From an uncultured delta proteobacterium (GTDB lineage Bacteria; Myxococcota_A; Polyangia; Haliangiales; Haliangiaceae): 16,595 nt of DNA. Below, in pieces: positions 8,221 to 16,525 of the stretch (within the stretch, counting starts at the first letter, position 1; each line of letters opens with the position of its first letter). Location of the stretch: the NCBI GenBank assembly GCA_963848295.1, contig CAWKDB010000008.1, positions 1-16,595 of the forward strand. The letters run 5' to 3'. Position numbers and translations under genes: made by a program. Under the pieces are notes generated by a model. The model made no database searches, was not told the DNA's origin, and saw only the letters and a list, made by a program, of their open reading frames with translations.

Positions 8221-9384
8221 GTGATTGATCCCTATCGCGATGCTGCGACGCCACATTGCCCGGCGTGCGGCGCGCCACTGCGTTCGTTTGCAGGACGCCT
8301 CTGCTGCGACGCGTGCAGCGGTATGCTCGTCACCGAGCCCGATCTGACGAGCGCGATCACCGAGCACTCGGACATGCCGCCGACGCTCGGGTTCATCGAG
8401 CCGGTGCCGCCGCAGCGCGAGTCGGCGCGCCGGTGCCCACGATGTGATCGCGCGATGATCGCGTGCCGACTCGAGGCGACGTTCGAGGGCGAGCGCGTCG
8501 TGGTCGCCGTCGAGCTCGACCGCTGCGCTGCGCACGGTATGTGGTTCGACGCGAACGAGCTCGCCGCCGCGCTTGAAGCGACCGCGCGCGTCGAGCCCCC
8601 GCGGCGCAAACGGCCCGGCTTCCTGCGCCAACTGTTCCACGGCCGCGATCCCGGCTGGGACGAAGGCGTTAACATCGAGGACGCAATTCCGCTACCACGA
8701 CAACCGCCGGCCGCCCGCGCACAAACTCTGCCCCCGGCCGCCGACCCCGACGCGGCGCTCGCGCGTTTCGCCGAGGAGGGCCAACGACGCACGCAAGCCG
8801 CGCACGACGCGCGCACTCGGCGTTACGAATGGGTGAGGCTCGAGCGCTTGTGCGACGCGATGAAGCTGATGCCGGTTGCTCGCGTCGCTGGCGACGTCGC
8901 GGTTCCAACCACCGACGAGTTTCCGCTCCCCGAAGAGCTCGTCCTCGGACAGGAAGACTCCACGACCGAGCCGTCGCAGGAGCTCGTCGCGTCGGCCGCG
9001 CGAAAGGCCGCCGCGGAACGAGCGTGGCTCGCATCGCTGGCATTCGCCGTCGACCACTACTTCGCCGTGCTCGCCTTGGCGCCGCGCGCGATCTTTCGCC
9101 TTACGTTCACGATTCACCTCGCCGACTCGGAGCGAGCGCCCAGCCTCGACGTGCTACGCGACATCGTCCATGTCCATGACGTTAACGCGGACGTCGGGTT
9201 GCGCGACGACGGCATGATCGCGATCGAGTGCGACGAAGACGCAGTCTCCTTACCCGGTTATTTCCCGTACACGGTCCAGAACATCGCGCCCTACATTCAC
9301 GGGCTCGTGGACAAGGTCCTCGTACCGCTGCACGCGAGCCATCCGATCGCGCGTGTGGCGATTGCGCGCGTCGACAACTACTAA
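8221..9384 (+). CDS. zinc-ribbon (zf-TFIIB-like) domain protein with unknown C-terminal domain
   Basis: CPACGAPL...CDACSG and CPRCDRAM...DRCAAHGMWFDANEL; 387 aa; TAGTGT lies 6 nt before the GTG. Confidence 0.8.
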   Translation: MIDPYRDAATPHCPACGAPLRSFAGRLCCDACSGMLVTEPDLTSAITEHSDMPPTLGFIEPVPPQRESARRCPRCDRAMIACRLEATFEGERVVVAVELDRCAAHGMWFDANELAAALEATARVEPPRRKRPGFLRQLFHGRDPGWDEGVNIEDAIPLPRQPPAARAQTLPPAADPDAALARFAEEGQRRTQAAHDARTRRYEWVRLERLCDAMKLMPVARVAGDVAVPTTDEFPLPEELVLGQEDSTTEPSQELVASAARKAAAERAWLASLAFAVDHYFAVLALAPRAIFRLTFTIHLADSERAPSLDVLRDIVHVHDVNADVGLRDDGMIAIECDEDAVSLPGYFPYTVQNIAPYIHGLVDKVLVPLHASHPIARVAIARVDNY

Positions 9385-9428
9385 ATTAGTACTTCACCAC
9401 TGTGAAGATGACTGGTTCGATCTTCTTT

Positions 9429-9455
9429 CGAGCCCGAGCCCGAGCCCGAGCCCGA
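9429..9455 (+). repeat. (CGAGCC)4.5 tandem hexamer array
   Basis: Read directly; 9431-9455 is the exact reverse complement of 9846-9870. Confidence 0.95.
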
Positions 9456-9497
9456 AATCGTAAGCAACCCCCATCACGACGGGCCGATACACCCGAC

Positions 9498-9872
9498 GTG
9501 AACGAGTTCGAACACGAGCGTCTTGACGTCTATCAGGCCGCGATTCAGTTCCTTGTCCTTGCCGATCGAATTGCTGGCAATTTGCCGCGTGGAAACGGTT
9601 ATCTCGCCGACCAGCTGAGGAGAGCGGCCAGTTCGATCTCGTTCAACATCGCCGAGGGAGCCGGCGAGTTCGCCGCCGCTGACAAAGCTCGCTTTTATCG
9701 AATGGCTCGCCGTTCGGCGACGGAGTCAGCGGCGATTCTCGACGCATGTCGGGCGCTCTCGCTCTCGAGCGACGAAGGTCCGCACGCCGGACGCGCTGTT
9801 CTGTTGCGCATCGTGGCGATGCTCACCGCGATGGTCGTCAAGAGATCGGGCTCGGGCTCGGGCTCGGGCTGA
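9498..9872 (+). CDS. four helix bundle protein (23S rRNA IVS protein / TIGR02436-like)
   Basis: FEHERLDVYQ...LADQLRRAASSISFNIAEG...KARFYRMARRSATE. Probable start is GTG 9498 (124 aa); the longer ORF from 9402 only translates the repeat. Confidence 0.9.
   Translation: MNEFEHERLDVYQAAIQFLVLADRIAGNLPRGNGYLADQLRRAASSISFNIAEGAGEFAAADKARFYRMARRSATESAAILDACRALSLSSDEGPHAGRAVLLRIVAMLTAMVVKRSGSGSGSG
9846..9870 (+). repeat. (TCGGGC)4 tandem hexamer array
   Basis: Encodes the C-terminal SGSGSGSG up to the TGA; inverted partner of 9431-9455. Confidence 0.95.
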
Positions 9873-9908
9873 GCGCGTTTCAACCGATCAAATCCTTGTG
9901 GCGAAGTA

Positions 9909-10952
9909 TTAGTGCGCGTGGCCGTGGTGGATGTCCGGCGCGTGGTCGTGTGCGTGCTCGACCTCGGTGTGGTGATGCGGATGCGCGTGCTCGCCGATGA
10001 CCGCCGGCTCGTGGACATGATCGTGGTGGCCGTCGTCGTGGCGATGGACATGATCGTGATCGATCGCGTGATGGTGGTGCGGGTGAACGTGGCGCTCGGT
10101 CGCGTGCAACCACACCCCGGTTGCGAACAACGCGGCGGCGCCGAGCGTCCAGCCATCGAGTGCGCGATCGCCGAGCGCGATCGCGACCGCCGCACCGACG
10201 AACGGGGCGAGCGCGAACACCGAGCCCGTGCGGCCTGCGCCGATCCGCCGTTGTGCGAGCAGGTACAGCCGTAGCGATAAGCCGTAGCCGACCGCGCCGC
10301 ACGCCACGACCGCGAGCGCCGGCCCGATCGGCGGTAGCGCCTCGCCGACGATCGCCGCGGCGGTCAACGAGAGCGTCGCACCGAGCGCGCCCTTGCCCGC
10401 GATCACGGCGAGCGGATCGCGCTCTGCGAGCGGCCGGGTCAGCGTGTTGTCGAGTGCCCAGCCGAGCGTCGCACCGGCGACCGCGATCGCGCCGACCGCG
10501 CTCCACTCGCCACCGCGCGCCGCGGCGAGCACGAGCAACGCACCGCCGGCGGTCATCGCGGCGACTGCGAGCGCGACGCGGCCGCCGATCGGCTCGCGAA
10601 ACGCGACGCGCGCGAGCGCGACCGTGAACACCGCTTCCAGGTTGAGCAGCAGCGAGCCGATCGTCGCGCCCGAGCGCGCGAGCCCCCACGCGAGCAACGC
10701 CGGGGCGACCGCACCGCCGACCACGGCGATCGCGACGAGCCGGCCGAGGTCGCCGCGAACGAGCGGTCCGCCGCTACGGCCGAACGCACGCAACGCGATC
10801 GCGGACGCGGCTGCGCCGGCATAGAGCAGCGCTGCGGTCACGATCGGGCCGACCCAGCGCTGGGCCCACGCGACGATCGGCGTCGTCACGCCGAACGCGA
10901 TCGCCGCCGCGGCTGCGAGCGTCACACCACGAGTGATCGCGCGCGGGGTCAC
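9909..10952 (-). CDS. EamA/DMT family transporter with His-rich C-terminal tail
   Basis: About ten hydrophobic helices, SLLLNLEAVFT, WALDNTLTR, IGAGRTGSVFALAPFVGA and an HxHxH tail; GTGA overlap with the upstream gene. Confidence 0.9.
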   Translation of the reverse strand: MTPRAITRGVTLAAAAAIAFGVTTPIVAWAQRWVGPIVTAALLYAGAAASAIALRAFGRSGGPLVRGDLGRLVAIAVVGGAVAPALLAWGLARSGATIGSLLLNLEAVFTVALARVAFREPIGGRVALAVAAMTAGGALLVLAAARGGEWSAVGAIAVAGATLGWALDNTLTRPLAERDPLAVIAGKGALGATLSLTAAAIVGEALPPIGPALAVVACGAVGYGLSLRLYLLAQRRIGAGRTGSVFALAPFVGAAVAIALGDRALDGWTLGAAALFATGVWLHATERHVHPHHHHAIDHDHVHRHDDGHHDHVHEPAVIGEHAHPHHHTEVEHAHDHAPDIHHGHAH

Positions 10953-11506
10953 GGCACGCTCACCGTCAGCGAGTAGCTGCCCGAGCCGATCGGCGAGACG
11001 CTATCGACGACGACGAACTGCTCGCCCGCCGTTGCGGCGGTGACGACGATCGGGAGATCCTCGACCGCGCCGGTCTCGCCTTCGCAGGTCGGCGTCGCGG
11101 GCGTCGCGGCGCAGGGCGCGAGCGCGTAGGCCGCGACCGCGTAGTCGCCGCTGATCGAGATGTGGAGCTGCGCGCCCGCGGCCACGGTGATGCGATAGAC
11201 CGCATCGGGGCCGTTCATGATCGCGCCGCCACACAGCGCCGACATCTGGCTCGTCCGGCCGGCGGTCGAGCCGGTGACCGTGCCGCCGGCGCTCGCGAAC
11301 AGCCCTGGATCGGCGCAGGTGAGCGCCGCTTCGCTCGTCGTGTCAGGGCTGCCGCCATCGCCGGCGCTCGTCGTACATTCACCAGCGACGCACTGTTCGC
11401 CAGTCGGGCACACCCCGTCGCTGCACGTGTAGTGCCCGCCGCGATAGTCGGCATCGAACCAGCAGCCGCTCGCGAGCAGTGCACACAGAACGGCGATCCG
11501 CGGCAT
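10949..11506 (-). CDS. lipoprotein with Cys-rich segment and PPC-like beta-sandwich domain
   Basis: Lipobox LASGC; CSDGVCPTGEQCVAGEC; GPDAVYRI...FVVVDS...GSYSLTVS. Confidence 0.8.
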   Translation of the reverse strand: MPRIAVLCALLASGCWFDADYRGGHYTCSDGVCPTGEQCVAGECTTSAGDGGSPDTTSEAALTCADPGLFASAGGTVTGSTAGRTSQMSALCGGAIMNGPDAVYRITVAAGAQLHISISGDYAVAAYALAPCAATPATPTCEGETGAVEDLPIVVTAATAGEQFVVVDSVSPIGSGSYSLTVSVP

Positions 11507-12971
11507 GATGTCGACCGTGTCCGCATCCTACCAAATCGCCGACGGCGAGCGAGCACCGACCCGGCTCGGGCGGTACGAGCTGCTCGGCAAGCTCGCGGTG
11601 GGCGGGATGGCGGAGATCTACCTCGCGCGGCTCGCGGGCGAGGCGGGGTTCGAAAAGATCGTCGTGGTCAAGCGCCTGCTGCCCGAGCTCGTCGCGTCGC
11701 GTGCGTTCGTCACGATGTTCCTCGACGAGGGCAAGCTCGTCTCGCGACTCGACCATCCGAACGTATGCGAGGTGTTCGAGCTTGGTCGCGATGGCCGAGA
11801 CTACTTCATCGCGATGCCGTACCTCGACGGCGTGTCGGTCGCCGAGCTGATCGCGCGCCCGAGCGCCGCGCTGCGCGAGCGCGAGCGGATCGCCGCGGCG
11901 ATCGTCGTGCAGGCGTGCGCGGGGCTGCACCACGCGCACGAGCTCGGGGTCGTCCATCGCGACGTCTCACCCTCGAACCTGTTCGTCACGACCGCCGGGG
12001 TCGTCAAGGTGCTCGACTTCGGCATCGCGAAGGTGTCGGGCGCGACCGCCGAGACCGAGGCCGGGATGGTCAAGGGCAAGGCGGCGTACATGGCGCCGGA
12101 GCAGGTGCTCGGCGGTGCGCTGGATCGAAGGTGCGACGTGTTCTCGCTCGGCATCGTGTTGTTCGAGCTGGTGACGCGCACTCGCTTGTTCGGCCGCGAC
12201 AGCGACTACCTCACCGCGCGCGCGATCCTCGAGGACTTGATCCCGCGCGCCGACGAGATCGTGCCGGGCGTGACGCCTGCGCTCGCCGACGCGATCGCCC
12301 GCGCGCTCGCTCGCGATCCGGCGGCGCGCCCACGCGATGCGCGCGAGCTTGCACGCGAGCTCGAAGCTGCGGTGCCGAGCCTCGCGAGTCAGGCGCAGCT
12401 CGCGGACGTCCTCGCGAGCGAGCACGTCGTCGAGCTCGGCGCGCAGAGGACGCGGCAAGCGACCGCGATCGCGTTGGCTCGCGCGCATCACGCGAGCTCG
12501 GCGGTCGAGACGAATCCGCTGACCGCGGCGCGCCGTCGCCGACGGATCGCACCATGGCTCGCCGGTGCGGTCGCGCTCGCTGCGGTCGTCACCATCGCGT
12601 ACGAGCTCGGCAAGGGCACGTCGCCGGCGACGGCCGCGAGCCATGACGCGGCGCCGCTCGCGCAGGCGCAACCGCAGCCCCAGCCCGAGCCTCCACCGGC
12701 CGATCGCGCGGAGCCGCCCGAGATCGAGATGCCGGGCGACGCGCCGCGACCGCGGGCGCCGACGCCGCCGGGCCAGATCAGCATCGACTCGAGCCCGTGG
12801 GCGACCGTGACGATCGACGGCCGCGCGCTCGGGATCACGCCGTTGCTCCATGTGTCGCTGCCCGCCGGTAAGCACCGGTTGCACGCCGTGCTCGGCGACG
12901 GCAGGAGTCGCGACATCACGGTCGCGATCGAAGCGGGCCGTGTCGCGCCGCCGCTCGTCCTCCACTGGTAA
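11505..12971 (+). CDS. membrane Ser/Thr protein kinase with C-terminal PEGA-like domain
   Basis: GGMAEIY, VVVK, HRDVSPSN, DFG, GKAAYMAPE; TM after RRRRR; Pro-rich linker; GQISIDSSPWATVTIDG...LPAGKH. True start may be GTG 11517. Confidence 0.9.
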   Translation: MMSTVSASYQIADGERAPTRLGRYELLGKLAVGGMAEIYLARLAGEAGFEKIVVVKRLLPELVASRAFVTMFLDEGKLVSRLDHPNVCEVFELGRDGRDYFIAMPYLDGVSVAELIARPSAALRERERIAAAIVVQACAGLHHAHELGVVHRDVSPSNLFVTTAGVVKVLDFGIAKVSGATAETEAGMVKGKAAYMAPEQVLGGALDRRCDVFSLGIVLFELVTRTRLFGRDSDYLTARAILEDLIPRADEIVPGVTPALADAIARALARDPAARPRDARELARELEAAVPSLASQAQLADVLASEHVVELGAQRTRQATAIALARAHHASSAVETNPLTAARRRRRIAPWLAGAVALAAVVTIAYELGKGTSPATAASHDAAPLAQAQPQPQPEPPPADRAEPPEIEMPGDAPRPRAPTPPGQISIDSSPWATVTIDGRALGITPLLHVSLPAGKHRLHAVLGDGRSRDITVAIEAGRVAPPLVLHW

Positions 12972-12980
12972 GCTGCCTCG

Positions 12981-13913
12981 GTGCGTGCGCCGCTAGCATT
13001 GGGGATCGCCGCCGCGATCACGATCGCCGCGCGACGTGCAGGCGCCGACGATCTCGACGACGCTCGCAAGCTCGCGGCCGAGCTCGACTACGATCGAGCG
13101 CTCGTGTTGGTCGAGCACGTGCTCGCCCGCGGTGGCAACGATCCGGCGCGCGTCGTCGAGCTGCACGTGCTCGCGGGCGAGCTCGCCGCCGGGCTGGACC
13201 GCGCCGACGCCGCGGAGCAGCAATTCGCGATCGCGCTCGCGCTGCGCCCCGAGCTCGAGCTGCCGCGCGATCTGTCGCCGAAGCTCACCGCCCCGTTTGC
13301 GGCGGCGCGCGCTCGCCAGCTGCGGCCGTTGCGCGTGCACGCCGATGTCGTGCCGGGCCTCGCCCGAGTCGCGATAGACGACGACGCGCTCGGCGTCGTC
13401 AGCGGCATCGCGGTCGATGTCGTGGACGCCGCGGGCGTTCACGCGGAGCTCGGAGCGCGCGATGCGACGCGGGTCGCGATCCCGCCGGGTGCGATCGTGG
13501 TCGAGCTCTCCGCGCTCGACGCCACCGGTAATCGCGTGTGGATCGGGCCGGTCGAACGCGTCGCACAACCCGTGGCGATCGCAGACCATCCGGCGTGGTG
13601 GTCGAGCTGGCCGACCTGGGCGATCGTCGGCGGCGCGGCCGCCGCCGGCGCCGCGGCGTTTGCGTGGCGCGAGCAGGTCGCACAGAGTGAATGGAATCAG
13701 CTGCGCGCCGATGGCACGCACGACTACTCGCAGCTCGCCGCGGTGCAGTCGCGCGGCACGAGCTATGCGATCGCCGCCGATATCGGGTTTGGCGTCGCGC
13801 TCGGCGCAGGCGTCGCCGCGGTCGCGCTCGCGGTTCACCGTCACCGCGATCGGCCGTCGCTCGTCGTCACGCTGCGCGGCGGGATCGGGCTGGGCGTCGC
13901 CGGCGCATTCTGA
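12981..13913 (+). CDS. exported TPR-like helical protein with hydrophobic C-terminus
   Basis: Signal peptide, helical N-domain (YDRAL...A...F..ALALRP...LSPK), two hydrophobic stretches; starts 9 nt after the kinase stop. Confidence 0.75.
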   Translation: MRAPLALGIAAAITIAARRAGADDLDDARKLAAELDYDRALVLVEHVLARGGNDPARVVELHVLAGELAAGLDRADAAEQQFAIALALRPELELPRDLSPKLTAPFAAARARQLRPLRVHADVVPGLARVAIDDDALGVVSGIAVDVVDAAGVHAELGARDATRVAIPPGAIVVELSALDATGNRVWIGPVERVAQPVAIADHPAWWSSWPTWAIVGGAAAAGAAAFAWREQVAQSEWNQLRADGTHDYSQLAAVQSRGTSYAIAADIGFGVALGAGVAAVALAVHRHRDRPSLVVTLRGGIGLGVAGAF

Positions 13914-15012
13914 GCGCGAGCGCCGAGGCGACGAACAAACCGCCGAGCCCGCCGCTCCCGCCTGCGTTGCAGCCGCTCATCGTCGATCCGCCGCTGCCAC
14001 CAACGTCCGAGCCCGCGCCCGTATCGGAGCCCGAGCCCGTATCGGAGCCCGAGCCGCCGCCGCCGCTACCGAGGAGCCCGAAGAAGTCCGCGGCGCGCAG
14101 CGTCGAGCAGATCTGCTCGTCGGAGAAGTACGAGCCGGTCGAGCCCGGACACGTGCCGAGCGGATCATTGCCGACCGCGACAGCGTGGCCCATGCCGTTG
14201 ACCAGGTACTCCTCGACGACGACCTGGGCGCCGCTCGAGTACTGCGTGCGCGTCGCGGTGCTGATCGTGTCGGTGGCGCTCGGCGTCTGATCGATGCCGT
14301 GCACCGCGGTCCATTGCTTGACGAGCTCGGTCGCGTTCTGATCGTACACCGTGTAATCGGCGGTGCCCTGCCAGATCTGAACGCGCGGCCACGCACCGGA
14401 GAATCCCGCATCGGCCGCGGTGACGAGCGCGCTCCACGCGGCCGGCGTCTTCTCGGACGTCGTCATCATGTCGGTGCACGAAAACGCCGACGTCTCGTCG
14501 GTCGCGCACTTGTACGCGATGCCGGACATGATGCTGCCGGCGACGAACCGATCCGGATATGTCGCGAGCATCACCCCCGTGTACGCCGCGCCAGCCGACA
14601 GCCCGGTGACGTAGACGTGGGACGTGTCGATGCCGTTCGTCATCGCCATCTGATCGACCATCTCGATGATCGATGCCGCCTCGCCCGCGCCGCGCTGCTG
14701 ATCCGCGGTGCCGAACCAGTCGAAGCAACTCTCGATGTTGTTCGCCGAGCGCTGCTGCGGATACAGCACCGCGAACCCGTTCGCGTCGGCGAGCGTGTCC
14801 CAGCCGGCGTTCTGCATCGATGCAGCGGTTTGCGTGCAGCCGTGCAGCACGACGACGAGCGGACTGCCGGTCGGCAAGTCCGATGGCACGTGCTCGTACA
14901 TGTCGAGCGCGCCCGGGTTGGCGCCGAAGCTCGCGACCTGGGTGAGCGCATCGGCGCCGGCAACCGAGGGTGCGAACGCGAACGCGAGGGTGAGCAGACG
15001 TGAGAGACGCAT
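13867..15012 (-). CDS. PHB depolymerase-family (LpqC-like) esterase with MYXO-CTERM-like anchor
   Basis: GGAGG Shine-Dalgarno before ATG 15012; LHGCTQ, lipase box GLSAG, WQGTADYTV, GMGH; Gly/Ser linker then GC-hydrophobic-RRRR; 381 aa. Confidence 0.9.
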   Translation of the reverse strand: MRLSRLLTLAFAFAPSVAGADALTQVASFGANPGALDMYEHVPSDLPTGSPLVVVLHGCTQTAASMQNAGWDTLADANGFAVLYPQQRSANNIESCFDWFGTADQQRGAGEAASIIEMVDQMAMTNGIDTSHVYVTGLSAGAAYTGVMLATYPDRFVAGSIMSGIAYKCATDETSAFSCTDMMTTSEKTPAAWSALVTAADAGFSGAWPRVQIWQGTADYTVYDQNATELVKQWTAVHGIDQTPSATDTISTATRTQYSSGAQVVVEEYLVNGMGHAVAVGNDPLGTCPGSTGSYFSDEQICSTLRAADFFGLLGSGGGGSGSDTGSGSDTGAGSDVGGSGGSTMSGCNAGGSGGLGGLFVASALALRMRRRRPARSRRAA

Positions 15013-15035
15013 CGTGAACCTCCGGCCCAGCGAAT

Positions 15036-15051
15036 AGCAGCCGCCGTGCCG
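15036..15051 (-). promoter_or_regulatory. sigma54 -24/-12 promoter of the esterase
   Basis: Minus strand reads CGGCACGGCGGCTGCT versus consensus TGGCACG-N4-TTGCW; it ends 23 nt before the ATG. Confidence 0.7.
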
Positions 15052-15099
15052 TGTCCGGTGCGCGGACATTCGCACAGTTCGCGAGCTCGTGCGCGGGGG

Positions 15100-15119
15100 C
15101 TGTTGGCGGTGGCCAACAG
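15100..15119. promoter_or_regulatory. palindrome, candidate upstream activator site
   Basis: CTGTTGGC-GGTG-GCCAACAG is a perfect 8-bp inverted repeat about 50-70 bp upstream of the -24 element. Confidence 0.4.
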
Positions 15120-15211
15120 GCCCTAGCCGACGGCGACCGTCGTCGATGGAAGCGGTGCGGTTCCGTCGAGTTTCGCAGCTCGCGCGTGCGGTCGCTGCTA
15201 TCGTGCACGGC

Positions 15212-16525
15212 GTGACCGAGGTCCCTCGCACGAAGCTGCAGCCCCGCGCGGTGCGGGTCGTGCACAAGCTTCGCGTCGCGGTGGTCGCCGGCGTCGACCT
15301 CGGGGTCGCGGTGGCGCCCGACGACGACGCGACGATCACGATCGGGACGAGCGCAGACAACACGCTGGTCCTGACCGACCCGGTCGTCAGCCGCTATCAC
15401 CTCGAGCTGCGGCGCGCGCCCGCCGGGATCGAGGTCGTCGATCTCGGCAGCCGCAACGGCACCTGGCTCGGCGCCGTGCGCCTCGAGCGCGCGATCGTGC
15501 CGGCCGGCACGCGGCTGCGGCTCGGCGACACGACGATCGCGGTCGCGGATGCCGGCTCGCCGCTCGCGCCGCCTACGCCGAGCCGGCGCGGATCGCCGAG
15601 CTGGTCGGCGACAGCGAAGCGATTCGCGAGGTCACGCGGCTCGTGCATCGACTCGCGCGCGTCGACTCGGCGGTGCTGATCCAGGGCGAGACCGGCACCG
15701 GCAAGGAGGTCGTCGCGCGCGCGCTCCACGAAGCCGGCCCGCGCCGCGCGGGCGAGCTCGTCGTCGTCGATTGCGGCTCGATGCCGGCGACGCTGATCGC
15801 CTCGCTGCTGTTCGGCCACGAGCGGGGCGCGTTCACCGGCGCCGATGAGCGCCGCGCCGGTGCGTTCGAGCGCGCGCGCGGCGGCACGATCCTGCTCGAC
15901 GAGATCGGCGAGCTACCGCTCGAAGTCCAGCCGGCGTTGCTCGGCGTGCTCGAGCGCCGCAGCGTTCACGCGCGTCGGCGGCGACCAGGCGCTGGCCGTC
16001 GACGCGCGCGTGCTCGCGGCGACCCACCGCGATCTGCGCGCCGAGGTCAACGCCGGTCGGTTTCGCGCCGACCTCTACTATCGCCTCGCGGTCGCGCGCA
16101 TCGTGATCCCGCCGCTGCGCGAGCGCCCGGAGGACATCGCGCCGCTGGTCGGGCACTTCGTCGCAGCGCCTGACCGGCAGTCGCGGAGCTCGGTCCGCTC
16201 GCGGGCGCGCTCGATGCGCTGCGCGGGCAGCCCTGGAGCGGCAACGTGCGCGAGCTGCGCAACGTCGTCGAGGCCGCGATGGTGATGGGCGAGCTCGCGC
16301 TCGACGACCCCGCGCCGCCGCGCGTCGCCGCGCCGACCGGATCGCCGCGGTGCGATCGCGACGTACCGCGAGGGCCGGGCGGCCGCGCTGCACAGTTCGA
16401 AGCCGAGTTCTTGCGCGAGCTGATCGAGCGCGCCGAACGGCAACGCGTCGGAGGCCGCGCGGCTCGCTCGCATGGATCGGCCGTACTTGCTCACGCTGCT
16501 GCGCAAGCACGGCCTGCGCGGCTAA
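15212..16525 (+). pseudogene. FHA-domain sigma54-dependent Fis-family activator, at least six frame switches (probably assembly errors)
   Basis: FHA (VSRYH...DLGSRNGT), [39 protein letters not shown] and HTH GNASEAARLARMDRPYL are spread over alternating frames. Confidence 0.85.

Larger units (their letters stand above)
9390..9908. mobile_element. 519-bp non-autonomous element carrying a four-helix-bundle gene
   Basis: TIRs TACTTCACCAC (9390-9400) and GTGGCGAAGTA (9898-9908) match 10/11; TTAG direct repeats at 9386-9389 and 9909-9912; no transposase. Confidence 0.75.

Noticed and set aside
9402..9497. Longer N-terminus of the four-helix-bundle ORF
   Set aside because: Merely translates the hexamer array (RARARA); family similarity begins just after GTG 9498.
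9498..9872. Diversity-generating retroelement (Avd-like gene) or rRNA intervening sequence
   Set aside because: No reverse transcriptase, TR/VR pair or rRNA in the window.
14017..14052. 18-bp tandem repeat containing GAGCCCGAGCCC
   Set aside because: Encodes the Gly/Ser linker (SGSDTG) of the esterase and has no inverted partner.
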